A DNA stretch of 64,000 bases from an uncultured Opitutaceae bacterium (GCA_964550715.1 CAZKAH010000007.1:13456-77455); one strand, 5' to 3'; shown: positions 9,024 to 18,173, counted from the stretch's first letter. Program-made: numbers and translations. The notes: a model not told the origin generated them from the letters alone.

Positions 9024-11062
9024 GGTTTGAGGGGCTTGAGGTTGATCTCGACGAAAAGGGTCTCGCCATGGCGCTGGACGAGCAGCACCCACCAGTCGCG
9101 GCCGGACCGGGCCGCCTCCTGCCGGGTGCGGCGGAAATCGGCCACCGTGGCCACGAGTTGGCCCCCCGCCCTCTCGATGAGGTCCTCCGCATGCAGGCCC
9201 GCCAGGGAGGCCCAGCCGGCGCGGTCGGCGCTCTCGACCAGGATCCCCTGCTGGGCGGGATCGAGCTGGAGTTCGACCCGGTCGTCGAAGGCCAGTTCGC
9301 GGACCGCGAATTCCAGCTGCTCGTCATGCCAGTGCGGCATCTCGGAGGCGGGCGCGGGTTGCGTCTGCAAGGTCACCGGGAGTTGGAGGGTTTGGCCATC
9401 CCGCCAGACGGTCATCTTCGCCTCCGCCCCCGCGGGGTACTGGCGAATCTGGGTCGCAAAGGTATCGGCATCCTCGGCCCGCCGCGCCGTCACCGGATCG
9501 CCATCCAGGGCGAGGACGACGTCTCCCACCCGCAGGCCCGCGGTGGCCGCGGGAGTGCCGGGGTAGACCCGCGTGAGCCGGACCCCGCCCTCGGCCTTGA
9601 TCGCAAGGCGGCCGCCCAACCGGACGGTCAGCGGCTGCGACGCGACGCCGAGCCAGGCCTTTTTCGCCTGCGGGGGGATCTGGCGCTCGTTTTCCGCATG
9701 AAGCAGGACGACGGAGGCCATCAGGGCGCCATTCCGCCGGACGGTGGCCAATACCGTCCGGCGCCCGCCCGGCCCCGCTGGGAGCGAGGCTGTCAGCTTC
9801 CGGAGCTGCGCGGTGTTTCCCACCGGCTGGCCGTTGACCGTCACGAGGATGTCGCCCTCCGCCAGCCGGGGCTCGGCTTCGCCGATCGGGCCGGCGGGCT
9901 GTATGCTGGCTAGGACCACGCCCTGCGTGTCCGGGAGGCTCTCCTCCCGCGCCATCGGGGCCGTGACGTCGTGAACCACCGCCCCCCACGCCCGCAATTC
10001 GACCTCGTCGGCCTCCGCCGCGGCCCGGGGGACGAGTTTGAGATAGGCGGTCGAGCGATGGCCCGCCCGCTCGGAGATCAGGATGAATTCATCGCCGGGC
10101 AGCTTGCCGAGCTCGATCCGGTTGTATTGGGCGACGCCGCGCTCCTCGCCCTGGTCGACGGCGTGCCCGTCGGCGGAAAGGATCGCGTCGCCGGGCTGAA
10201 TTCCGCCCAGGGCCGCCGGCGAACCGGGGGCCACGTCGGCCACGATGACGCCCGGCTGCGATCCATCCGCCTTGAGGCGCGGCTGGACGGTGATGCCCGA
10301 CCAGCCCCGGATCACCCTGCCCCGGGCGATCAGCTGGTCCGCCACCGCCCGGACCAGGTTGCCGGGGATCGCGCCGCCGAGGTTGGCGATGCCGATCTCG
10401 TTGATGCCGACGATCCCTCCCTGAGCGTTGACCAGCGGGCCGCCGCTGTTGCCGGGGAAAATGCTGGCGTCGTGCAGGATCCAGCGGACCACGGTCCCGA
10501 CATCCTCGCCGTCGATGCTGATCTTGATCTCCGCCGGCAGGACGAGCGAGGGATTGGAGACGATGCCGCGCGTGACCGATTGCGACAGGAGGGCCGGGCT
10601 GCCCAGGGCGAAGACGGAATCGCCCGCGACCACCCGATCGGAGTCGCCGAAGACCGCCGGCTGCAGGGGCGCCGCTCCGGGCGGACGCCGGGACAGGTCC
10701 AGCTGGAGGACCGCCAGGTCGGTCAAGGCATCCTGGCCCACGCGATGGGCCTCGATCGCCTGCCCGTCGGAAAGGTAGCAGCGGTAGTAGTCGCCCTTGT
10801 CGGCCACGTGGCAGTTGGTGACGACATAGCCGTCCGCGGAAATGATCACGCCGCTCCCGCCGATGCGCAGCTTGACCATCCGCCCGAGGTCGGGCCGCAG
10901 CTGGATGGCCTCGATCCGCACGATGGCCGGCGAGATCTTGGCGAGCATGGCCTGGCTCTGCTCGCCGCTCACGCTCGTCTGGGCGCTTACCCCCCGCGCG
11001 GAGGCGGCGATAAAAATGGCGGCGAGGGCACGGATTGGGATAGCGCCAAGACCTTTAGTCAT
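9020..11062 (-). CDS. periplasmic serine endoprotease, HtrA/DegP family with multiple PDZ domains
   Basis: Signal peptide; catalytic triad contexts VVTNCHVA, DLAVLQL, PGNSGGPLVN; about four PDZ-like segments (e.g. GSPAALGGIQPGDAIL, AEGDILVTVNGQPV, TAGLRVGDVVLALDGDPV); start set to ATG 11062 (MTKGLGAIPIR) in ORF 9020..11314. Confidence 0.9.
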   Translation of the reverse strand: MTKGLGAIPIRALAAIFIAASARGVSAQTSVSGEQSQAMLAKISPAIVRIEAIQLRPDLGRMVKLRIGGSGVIISADGYVVTNCHVADKGDYYRCYLSDGQAIEAHRVGQDALTDLAVLQLDLSRRPPGAAPLQPAVFGDSDRVVAGDSVFALGSPALLSQSVTRGIVSNPSLVLPAEIKISIDGEDVGTVVRWILHDASIFPGNSGGPLVNAQGGIVGINEIGIANLGGAIPGNLVRAVADQLIARGRVIRGWSGITVQPRLKADGSQPGVIVADVAPGSPAALGGIQPGDAILSADGHAVDQGEERGVAQYNRIELGKLPGDEFILISERAGHRSTAYLKLVPRAAAEADEVELRAWGAVVHDVTAPMAREESLPDTQGVVLASIQPAGPIGEAEPRLAEGDILVTVNGQPVGNTAQLRKLTASLPAGPGGRRTVLATVRRNGALMASVVLLHAENERQIPPQAKKAWLGVASQPLTVRLGGRLAIKAEGGVRLTRVYPGTPAATAGLRVGDVVLALDGDPVTARRAEDADTFATQIRQYPAGAEAKMTVWRDGQTLQLPVTLQTQPAPASEMPHWHDEQLEFAVRELAFDDRVELQLDPAQQGILVESADRAGWASLAGLHAEDLIERAGGQLVATVADFRRTRQEAARSGRDWWVLLVQRHGETLFVEINLKPLKP

Positions 11063-11108
11063 AAGGGGTAACCGACTAGGCAGACCGGAGCCTGGTTCCG
11101 GCTCAAGT

Positions 11109-12539
11109 CTAAACCGCCCCGGTCCGGACGGCGGCGGCGTAGCGGGCAATGATTCCGTCGAAACTCCCGTTGCTGAAAAAGATGACGACCCGCGGGCGCT
11201 TTCCCGCCGGCAGGGTGTCCGCCGCGAGCCGGTCGAAGAGGGCCGCGTTGTCGGAAAAGGCATGGGCCACCCTGCCCTGCCCGGCCAGTTGGCGGGCGAC
11301 GGCCGCGGGATCAAACCGCTCGTCCGCGGCCAGTTTTTCGGGACGGCTCACCGGGCCGAGGTACACCTCGTCCGCCTGCCCGAGCGCCTGCTGGAAGTCG
11401 TCCTGCAGCGCCCGGATCCGCGCGGTGTTGCTCCGCGCCTCGAAGACAGCCGTCAGCGCCGCCCCCGGGAACCGCGCCCGGAACGAGCGGAGGGTTTCCG
11501 CGAGCGCGGTGGGATGATGGCCGAAGTCCTCGATGACGGTGAGATCCGCGGCCGCGGCCACGACCTCCTGCCGCCGCCGGACCCCGCGGAAGCGGGCGAG
11601 CCCGTCGAGCCGCAGCGCCAGGGGATCGGCCGAGCCGAGCGCGAGCGCGGCCGCCGTGGCGGCCATGGCGGCGTTGCGCGCGTTGTAGAGGCCCGGCAGG
11701 GCCCAGCGGACGCGCGCCCAGGCGGTGCCGCCCCAGGCGAGCGTGAATTCAGCGCCGGCCGCCGTTTCCTGGAAGTCCCCGATCCGGACGTCGTTGCCCT
11801 CGCCCGTGCCGACCCGAACGACGCGGGTCCAGGGCATCGGGCCGAGCGCCGCGAGGTTGGCGTCGTCGCCATTCAGCACGACGCAGCCGTTGCGCGGCAC
11901 GAGGCGGATGAAATGCGTGAAGGTGCGCTGCACGTCCGCGAGGTCGCGGAAGATGTCCGCGTGGTCGAACTCGAGATTGTTCAGGACCGCGATCCGCGGC
12001 GCGTAGTGGATGAACTTGCTCCGCTTGTCGAAGAACGCGCTGTCGTATTCGTCGCCCTCGATGACGAAGGGGTCGGCGGCCGATCCGAGGCGGGTGCCCG
12101 TCGGAGGGTCCAGCGGCACGCCGCCGATGAGAAAGCCCGGGTCCCGGCCGTTCTCGCGCAGCAGGAAGGCGGTGAGCGCCGTGGTGGTCGTCTTGCCGTG
12201 CGTGCCGGCGATCACCACGCTGGTCCGACCGCGCAGCACGAAGTCGTTCAGCATGGCCGGCAGCGAGGTGAACGGCAGGGCGCGGGTTTCCAGCAGCCAC
12301 TCCACCTCGGGGTTCCCGCGCGAGAGGGCGTTGCCGACGACCACCAGGTCGGGCTGGAGCCGCGCAAGCCGGGCGGCGTCGTAGCCCTCGGTCACGGCGA
12401 TCCCCGCCTCGGCGAGGACGACGCTCATCGGCGGGTAGACGTCGGTGTCGCTGCCGCTGACCTCATGGCCGGCCGAGCGCGCGAGGACCGCGGCATTGCC
12501 CATCGCCGTCCCGCAGATGCCCATGAAATACAGCTTCAT
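11109..12539 (-). CDS. mpl: UDP-N-acetylmuramate:L-alanyl-gamma-D-glutamyl-meso-diaminopimelate ligase
   Basis: MKLYFMGICGTAMGNAAVLARSAGHEVSGSD N-terminus and Mur-ligase P-loop AGTHGKTTTTAL; 476 aa. Confidence 0.9.
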   Translation of the reverse strand: MKLYFMGICGTAMGNAAVLARSAGHEVSGSDTDVYPPMSVVLAEAGIAVTEGYDAARLARLQPDLVVVGNALSRGNPEVEWLLETRALPFTSLPAMLNDFVLRGRTSVVIAGTHGKTTTTALTAFLLRENGRDPGFLIGGVPLDPPTGTRLGSAADPFVIEGDEYDSAFFDKRSKFIHYAPRIAVLNNLEFDHADIFRDLADVQRTFTHFIRLVPRNGCVVLNGDDANLAALGPMPWTRVVRVGTGEGNDVRIGDFQETAAGAEFTLAWGGTAWARVRWALPGLYNARNAAMAATAAALALGSADPLALRLDGLARFRGVRRRQEVVAAAADLTVIEDFGHHPTALAETLRSFRARFPGAALTAVFEARSNTARIRALQDDFQQALGQADEVYLGPVSRPEKLAADERFDPAAVARQLAGQGRVAHAFSDNAALFDRLAADTLPAGKRPRVVIFFSNGSFDGIIARYAAAVRTGAV

Positions 12540-12644
12540 CCGGGCCCAGCGTGGCCGACTCCCCGGCGTTCGGGAAGTGCCTTTTCGCCGGGCCCGGGGA
12601 GAGGACGGCGAGGCGCGAGCCGGAGGTTGTTATCATCCCCCGGC

Positions 12645-12737
12645 ATGCCCTTCGCCGTCACCAAAGTGGAGCGTAAGATCCTGGCCCTCCTCGCCCTCCT
12701 TATCATCCTGGGGCTCATCGGCATGGCGCTACTTTAG
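12645..12737 (+). CDS. speculative 30-aa single-TM small protein (MPFAVTKVERKILALLALLIILGLIGMALL)
   Basis: Tail of shadow ORF 10842..12737 that falls in the mpl/sigma spacer; one hydrophobic helix; mostly G/C-ending codons like real genes here; no family recognised. Confidence 0.3.
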   Translation: MPFAVTKVERKILALLALLIILGLIGMALL

Positions 12738-12876
12738 TTTGCCTCGCGGGGCATCCCCGGCTCAACTCCGCGCGTATCATGAGGAAATGGCTTATGCCCC
12801 TTCTTTTGCGCCCCCTCTCCTCGCCTGGGCCGTGTCCCGCGTGGCGGAGGACGGAAATTGGGCGCGTCCGCGGCAC

Positions 12877-13473
12877 ATGAGTTCCCCGGATCCAGCCTCT
12901 TCGCCGGACGAACGCAGCGCCGAGGACGCCCGGCTGGTGCGGCGCATGGCCGGCGGCGAGCAGGATGCGATGGCGGAGCTCTACGAGCGCTTCTCGCGGC
13001 CCCTCTATTCCACTGCCCTGCACATCCTGAAGGATGCCGCCGAGGCCCAGGACATCGTGCACGACGTCTTCGTGACGCTTTGGGAGAAGGCGGCCGTCTT
13101 CGCCGCCGAGCGCGGCACCGCCTTTTCCTGGGCGGTCACGCTCACCCGCAACCGCGCGATCGACCGGCTGCGTTCCCGCCGCCGGCGGGCCGAGCTGCTG
13201 GACCAGGCGGCGCCCGCCGACCTCGGCTATTTTGAGTCGATCACGGGAGCGGCCGGCGACGACCCGGCGGCGCGCCGCGACCAGGCGCACGCGGTGCGCG
13301 CCGCCGTCGCGACGCTGCCCCCGGAACAGAAGCACGCCCTGGAGCTCGCCTTCTTCAGCGGCCTGACCCAACAGGAGATCGCGGCCCGCCTGAGCGAGCC
13401 GCTGGGCACCGTCAAGGCGCGGATCCGCCGCGGCCTCGGCAAACTGCGCGACACGCTCGCGCCGCGCCTATGA
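12877..13473 (+). CDS. RNA polymerase sigma factor, ECF (group 4) family
   Basis: Region 2 (DIVHDVFVTLWEK, FSWAVTLTRNRAIDRLR) and region 4 HTH (LTQQEIAARLSEPLGTVKARIRRGL); start trimmed to ATG 12877 for a ~198-aa product (alternative 12787). Confidence 0.88.
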   Translation: MSSPDPASSPDERSAEDARLVRRMAGGEQDAMAELYERFSRPLYSTALHILKDAAEAQDIVHDVFVTLWEKAAVFAAERGTAFSWAVTLTRNRAIDRLRSRRRRAELLDQAAPADLGYFESITGAAGDDPAARRDQAHAVRAAVATLPPEQKHALELAFFSGLTQQEIAARLSEPLGTVKARIRRGLGKLRDTLAPRL

Positions 13474-14447
13474 GCGACGACCTTCACGAGGAACTCGCCT
13501 CGCTCTACGCCCTCGACCTGCTCGAGGGCGCGGAAAAGGGCGCCTTCGAGGCGGAGCTCGCCCGCAATCCCGCCCTCCGGCACTGGAAGGATGAGCTGCG
13601 CGCGGCGGCGGCCGACCTGGCCCGCCTCGCCCCGCCCGCGGAGCCCCCGCCCGCCCTCAAGGCGCGCATTCTCGCCTCCGTGGCGGCCCGTTCCGCGGGC
13701 CAGCCCGCGCCGCGCGTCCGCCGGTCCCCGGTCCTGCCGTTCCCGGGCCTGCTGCCTTGGGCCATTGCCGCGTGCCTTGCGGTCGGCGTCCTCTGGACGG
13801 CCCGGCTGACCCTTACGCTCCACTCCGAGAATGCGCTCATGCGCAGCCAGCAGCAGGTGGCCGAGCTCGATCTCCGCGCGTTGCGCACCAGCATGGAATC
13901 CGAGCGCCTGCTTCGGCAGCGCCAGCTGGAGGACGCCCAGCGCGCCCTGGCCGACGCCGGCCGCCAGGTGAATGAATCGCGGCAACAGCTGGCGCTGCTG
14001 AGGCAGGACGTCGCCGGCGCGCAGCAGAAGTTCGCGGAGGCCACGCGCCAGGCGGCGGAAGCCGGCCGGCAGATCGCCCGGCTCAGCCAGAAGCTGAAGC
14101 AGGAGGGAGACCTTGCGCAGTTCAAGATCGCCACCCTCGCCTCCATGCTCGGAAATTCCCCGCAGGCCCAGGCCGTGGTGGTCTGGAATCCCATGGAACA
14201 GCAGGGCATGATCAAGTTGGCAAAGCTCGACATGCCGGCCACCGGGATGGACTACCAGCTCTGGCTCATCGGCCCTGACGGGAAGCCGATCAGCGGCGGT
14301 GTTGTCGCAATGGACCCGACGGGGGAGACCCATAAGATGTTCACGGCGGACAGGCCGATCAACTCGGTCACCAAGTTTGCCATCAGCCTGGAGCAGAAGG
14401 GCGGCATGCCTGAGCCGCACGGGAAGATCGTGATGACGATCGAGTGA
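13470..14447 (+). CDS. anti-sigma factor with RskA-type C-terminal domain and long coiled coil
   Basis: ATGA overlap with sigma gene; N-terminal anti-sigma helices (LASLYALDLLEG), one TM (LLPWAIAACLAVGVLW), Q/R/A-rich coiled coil, C-terminal YQLWLIGPDGKPISGGVV...FAISLEQKGG. Confidence 0.8.
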   Translation: MSDDLHEELASLYALDLLEGAEKGAFEAELARNPALRHWKDELRAAAADLARLAPPAEPPPALKARILASVAARSAGQPAPRVRRSPVLPFPGLLPWAIAACLAVGVLWTARLTLTLHSENALMRSQQQVAELDLRALRTSMESERLLRQRQLEDAQRALADAGRQVNESRQQLALLRQDVAGAQQKFAEATRQAAEAGRQIARLSQKLKQEGDLAQFKIATLASMLGNSPQAQAVVVWNPMEQQGMIKLAKLDMPATGMDYQLWLIGPDGKPISGGVVAMDPTGETHKMFTADRPINSVTKFAISLEQKGGMPEPHGKIVMTIE

Positions 14448-14511
14448 GCGGCCCGGCTTCCGCCCACTTCCCGCTTGTCACCCACCCCCGCCGCGCAAGA
14501 CTTTGCGGCGT

Positions 14512-15696
14512 ATGGTTATAAAACCCAAGGTTCGCGGCTTCGTCTGCGTCACCGCGCATCCCGAGGGCTGCGCCGCCCATGTCCAGGAGTGGATCGACCA
14601 CGTGAAGTCGAAGGGCGCCCTGCCGAATGCCCCGAAGAAAGTCCTGGTGATCGGCTCCTCCACCGGCTACGGCCTCGCCTCCCGCGTGACGGCGGCCTTC
14701 GGCGGCGGCGCGGACACCCTGGGCATCTTCTATGAGCGGCCCTCCGAGGAGGGCCGGCCCGCGACCCCCGGCTGGTACAACACCATCGCCTTCACCCGGG
14801 CGGCCCGCGCGGCGGGTCTCAAGGCCGGGAACATCAATGGCGACGCCTTTTCCGAGGACATCAAGCGGCAGGCCCTGGAGTATCTCCGGGCGAATCTCGG
14901 CCCGGTGGACCTCGTCGTCTACTCGCTCGCCTCCCCCCGCCGGGTGCATCCCAAGACCGGTGCCGTGCACAAGTCCGTCCTCAAGCCGGTGGGCGCGTCC
15001 TACACGAACAAGACGGTGGATACCGACAAGGGCCTTGTCACCGACATCACGATCGAGCCCGCCACCCCGCAGGAAATCGCCGACACCGTCACCGTGATGG
15101 GCGGCGAGGACTGGGAGATGTGGATCGAGGCCCTGGCCGGCGCCGGCCTTCTCGCCCCGGGCGCCCGCTCCGTGGCTTATTCGTACATCGGGCCCGACGT
15201 TACCTGGGCGATTTACAAGAACGGCACGATCGGCCTGGCCAAGAACGACCTCGAGCGCGCGGCCCAGGCGATCGACACCCGGCTCCGCGCGAGCGGCGGC
15301 GGCGCCTTCATCTCGGTCAACAAGGCGCTGGTCACCCAGGCGAGCTCGGCGATCCCCGTGGTGCCCCTCTACATTTCCATCCTCTACAAGGTCATGAAGG
15401 CCCGCGGCCTGCATGAGGGCTGCGCCGAGCAGATGCAGCGGCTATTCGCCACACAGCTCTGCGCCCCCGGCGGCCCGCGCTTCGACGAGGGCGGCCGGGT
15501 GCGCCTCGACGACCTCGAGATGCAGCCGGAGGTCCAGGCCGCGGTGCGCGAGATCTGGCCGAAGGTCACGACCGAGAATCTCGCCGAATTGACCGACATC
15601 GCCGGCTACCGCAGCGATTTTCTCCGGCTCTTCGGCTTCGGGTTGCCCGGCGTCCCCTACGACGCCGACACCGAGCCGCACGTGCCGATGATCTGA
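14512..15696 (+). CDS. fabV: trans-2-enoyl-CoA/ACP reductase
   Basis: MVIKPKVRGFVCVTAHPEGC and GSSTGYGLASR match the FabV/TER family over ~395 aa; start at ATG 14512. Confidence 0.92.
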   Translation: MVIKPKVRGFVCVTAHPEGCAAHVQEWIDHVKSKGALPNAPKKVLVIGSSTGYGLASRVTAAFGGGADTLGIFYERPSEEGRPATPGWYNTIAFTRAARAAGLKAGNINGDAFSEDIKRQALEYLRANLGPVDLVVYSLASPRRVHPKTGAVHKSVLKPVGASYTNKTVDTDKGLVTDITIEPATPQEIADTVTVMGGEDWEMWIEALAGAGLLAPGARSVAYSYIGPDVTWAIYKNGTIGLAKNDLERAAQAIDTRLRASGGGAFISVNKALVTQASSAIPVVPLYISILYKVMKARGLHEGCAEQMQRLFATQLCAPGGPRFDEGGRVRLDDLEMQPEVQAAVREIWPKVTTENLAELTDIAGYRSDFLRLFGFGLPGVPYDADTEPHVPMI

Positions 15697-15715
15697 GGGC
15701 CGGCCGCCGGCCGGC

Positions 15716-16273
15716 TCACTTGAACTGGATCGGCACCTTCAGGTCCGCCAGCTGGCGCAGGTGGGACCCGTGCCGGCCGGTATAGGCGGTATCGTCGTCC
15801 TTCGGCACCTGCTGGGTGTAGTAGTACGCCTTCACCCCGAGGGAGCCCTTTTCGGACAGGAAGCGCCAGAGCTGAACCTCGTTGTGGTCGGCATCCCGGC
15901 CCTTCAGCCAGATCTCGACCATGAAGGAATTGGCATTCCCGGGCGAGTTGTCCTTGAAGATCTGCTTCGGCCGCAGGAGCCGGCCGTCGATCATGCCCTC
16001 CCACTGCTTCGAAGCTTCCGTCGGCCGCTTCAGCCGGGGCCACTGCCGGATGCCGATCGTGGTGGTGGCCGTCTCCGCCGCCTGCCCCTCGGGCACGTAG
16101 AGGTTCTTGACGACATTGGCCTCGCCGCCGTCGACCGAGACCAGCACGTATTTCGTGCCTTCGAAGCGCAGGCTGGGCGTCTCCGCTCGCACGCCGGCGG
16201 CGCCCAGGACCGGACCCAGGACGAGCAGGCTCAGCATGCGGCGGCGAAAGGAATGGGCGAAGAGCGAAGGCAT
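15716..16273 (-). CDS. hypothetical secreted protein
   Basis: 185-aa ORF with signal-peptide-like N-terminus (MLSLLVLGPVLGAAGVRAETP); coding-like codon bias; no family recognised. Confidence 0.55.
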   Translation of the reverse strand: MPSLFAHSFRRRMLSLLVLGPVLGAAGVRAETPSLRFEGTKYVLVSVDGGEANVVKNLYVPEGQAAETATTTIGIRQWPRLKRPTEASKQWEGMIDGRLLRPKQIFKDNSPGNANSFMVEIWLKGRDADHNEVQLWRFLSEKGSLGVKAYYYTQQVPKDDDTAYTGRHGSHLRQLADLKVPIQFK

Positions 16274-16324
16274 CGGGGAGGAATCGTGCGGACGGACCGC
16301 GGCCCCTACAACTCCCGATTCAGC

Positions 16325-17011
16325 TCAGGCCTCGAAGCCGCTGACGCTCACCGAGCGGCCGTTGTCCTTCGTCCCGAGTTTCAGGATGAAGGGCGCGGCG
16401 GTTTCCGCCCACGAGGCCGCCTTGGGATAGGCCGCGGCGCCGTCCGACCAGCACTGGCGGAGCATGTCGGTGTCGATCGCGCCCGGGTTCAACGGCACCG
16501 CCGCCATGCCCGGCGGCAGTTCCTCGGCCAGGGCCTTGGTCAGGCCCTCGATCGCCCACTTGGAGGCGCAGTAGGGCGCCACCTCGGGCGAGACGCTGCG
16601 GCCCCAGCCGGAGCTCAGGTTCACGATGACGCCCTGCTTCCTCGCCACCATGGCCGGCACGAACGAGCGGATCACGTTCTGCACGCCGAGGACGTTGACG
16701 GCCATGACCTGGGCAAACTTGTCGGCCGGGATCTCCCAGAGCGGCGCGAGCTCGTTGATCACGCCCGCGTTGTTGATCAGGAGGTCCGGCGCCTTTCCGC
16801 CGCCGAGGATGCGCTCGGCCCAGAGCTGCACCTTGACCGGCTGGGACACGTCGACGGCGTCAAAGGTGTGGGGCTCGGGGTGGGCCATCCGCAGGTCGAA
16901 GACCTGGGGCCCGTTCCGGCCGCAGCCGGCGACCGTGTGCCCGTGGGCGATGTACCACTCCGCCAGCGCCCGGCCCAGCCCCCGCGTGACTCCGGTGATG
17001 ACGATGAACAT
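16325..17011 (-). CDS. short-chain dehydrogenase/reductase (SDR)
   Basis: Cofactor motif ITGVTRGLGRALA, NNAG, catalytic YCASKWAIEGL. Confidence 0.88.
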   Translation of the reverse strand: MFIVITGVTRGLGRALAEWYIAHGHTVAGCGRNGPQVFDLRMAHPEPHTFDAVDVSQPVKVQLWAERILGGGKAPDLLINNAGVINELAPLWEIPADKFAQVMAVNVLGVQNVIRSFVPAMVARKQGVIVNLSSGWGRSVSPEVAPYCASKWAIEGLTKALAEELPPGMAAVPLNPGAIDTDMLRQCWSDGAAAYPKAASWAETAAPFILKLGTKDNGRSVSVSGFEA

Positions 17012-17023
17012 CCGGCCGGCGGC

Positions 17024-17422
17024 CTAGCGGCTCTGGAGGCTGAACTTGTTCAGGCCGGCCTTGCGGCAGGCGTCCATGACGAAGGCCAGCTTCTTCAGCT
17101 GCGAGGTCTCGTCGGCCTTGATCAGCACGGGGATGTCCTTGTCGATGTCCCGCTGCTGGTTGAGGAGCGCCTGCAATTCGTCCTCGGTCACCCGCTTGTC
17201 GTTGCAGGCTAGGCTGCCGTCCTTGTCGATCGCGATCGTCAGCGTGCCCTTGAATTCGTTTTTGCCCGCGGTATCCACCTTCGGCAGGGTGATGTTCATC
17301 GTGGTCGCCGAGCGGAACTGCATCGTCACAAAGGTGAAGAAGATCAGCATCACGAGGACGTCGATCAGCGGCACGAGGTTCAGCTCGGGCCGGCGGCGGG
17401 GCCGCATCATCAGCGAGCTCAT
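17024..17422 (-). CDS. exbD: biopolymer transport protein, ExbD/TolR family
   Basis: 132 aa; single N-terminal TM (LNLVPLIDVLVMLIFF) and periplasmic domain; 4-bp overlap with upstream ExbB-like gene; family-level call only. Confidence 0.85.
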   Translation of the reverse strand: MSSLMMRPRRRPELNLVPLIDVLVMLIFFTFVTMQFRSATTMNITLPKVDTAGKNEFKGTLTIAIDKDGSLACNDKRVTEDELQALLNQQRDIDKDIPVLIKADETSQLKKLAFVMDACRKAGLNKFSLQSR

Positions 17423-17994
17423 GCGCGGGTGCGGCGCAGGATCCGCTCGAGAAGGACCTCGAGCTCGGCGGCGTAGTTATCGACCTTCCTGGACAGGTAG
17501 CCGGCGCCGATCAGCGACGGAATCGCGATCGACAGGCCGATGACGGTGGCCGAGAGCGCGAGGGCAACGCCTGTGGTGAATGTCACGGGATCCGGCAGCC
17601 CCGTGTTCTGGTCAATCTGTGAAAAGACCCGCAGGAGGCCGGTGACGGTGCCGGAGAGGCCGATCAGCGGTGCAGCGGCGTAGATGACGTCGAGGTAAGG
17701 GACACCCCGCTGCATGCGGTTGACCTCCAGCCGGGCGAAGGCCTTGAGCGCGCCCTCATCGTTCGGGTTGTGTTCAGCGAATTCGACGATGCGCGAGAGC
17801 ACGGTGTGCCGACCGCCGGTAAGGGAGGGCTTCTGGGCCACGATCGCGTCAACCAGGTCGTTTGGCATGACGGCTGTGCGGCGCAATGCGTACGCTCGCT
17901 CGCAGATGATGAAAACAGCCGCCGCCGAGCATAGGCCCAGCGGGTAAATCAGGAGCCCTGCTCCGGTAAGGATATCAAGCATGCCAAGGACCAT
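17419..17994 (-). CDS. exbB: MotA/TolQ/ExbB proton-channel family protein
   Basis: 191 aa, three TMs, conserved APLIGLSGTVTGLLRVF and ALALSATVIGLSIAIPSLI segments; family-level call only. Confidence 0.85.
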   Translation of the reverse strand: MVLGMLDILTGAGLLIYPLGLCSAAAVFIICERAYALRRTAVMPNDLVDAIVAQKPSLTGGRHTVLSRIVEFAEHNPNDEGALKAFARLEVNRMQRGVPYLDVIYAAAPLIGLSGTVTGLLRVFSQIDQNTGLPDPVTFTTGVALALSATVIGLSIAIPSLIGAGYLSRKVDNYAAELEVLLERILRRTRA

Positions 17995-18084
17995 AAGTTG
18001 AAAGGGGGTGGGCTATTCTGACGCGTCAATCCGCAAAAAGGTCCATAGAATGTGCTGAAGTTGGCGGCCCGCCAAGCGGATAAC

Positions 18085-18170
18085 GGTAGGGCGGGTTGTC
18101 CCAACCCGCCGGGCAGATTCCGGGCGGTGACGGAGCGAACGGCGGGTTGGGGACAACCCGCCCTACCCAC
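18085..18170. repeat. ~86-nt palindromic intergenic element with 26/27-nt arms
   Basis: GGTAGGGCGGGTTGTCCCAACCCGCC (18085-18110) pairs with GGCGGGTTGGGGACAACCCGCCCTACC (18141-18167), one 1-nt bulge, 30-nt loop; immediately 3' of the leuD stop; related copy at 8077-8163. Confidence 0.8.
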
Positions 18171-18173
18171 GAG

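Noticed and set aside
17024-17994. MotA/ExbB + ExbD pair as a possible Zorya-like or other motor-driven defence module
   Set aside because: The sizes (191 and 132 aa) and motifs are ordinary for ExbB/ExbD or TolQ/TolR. There is no long ZorA-type tail and no ZorC/ZorD-like nuclease or helicase genes. The neighbours are an SDR and leuCD.
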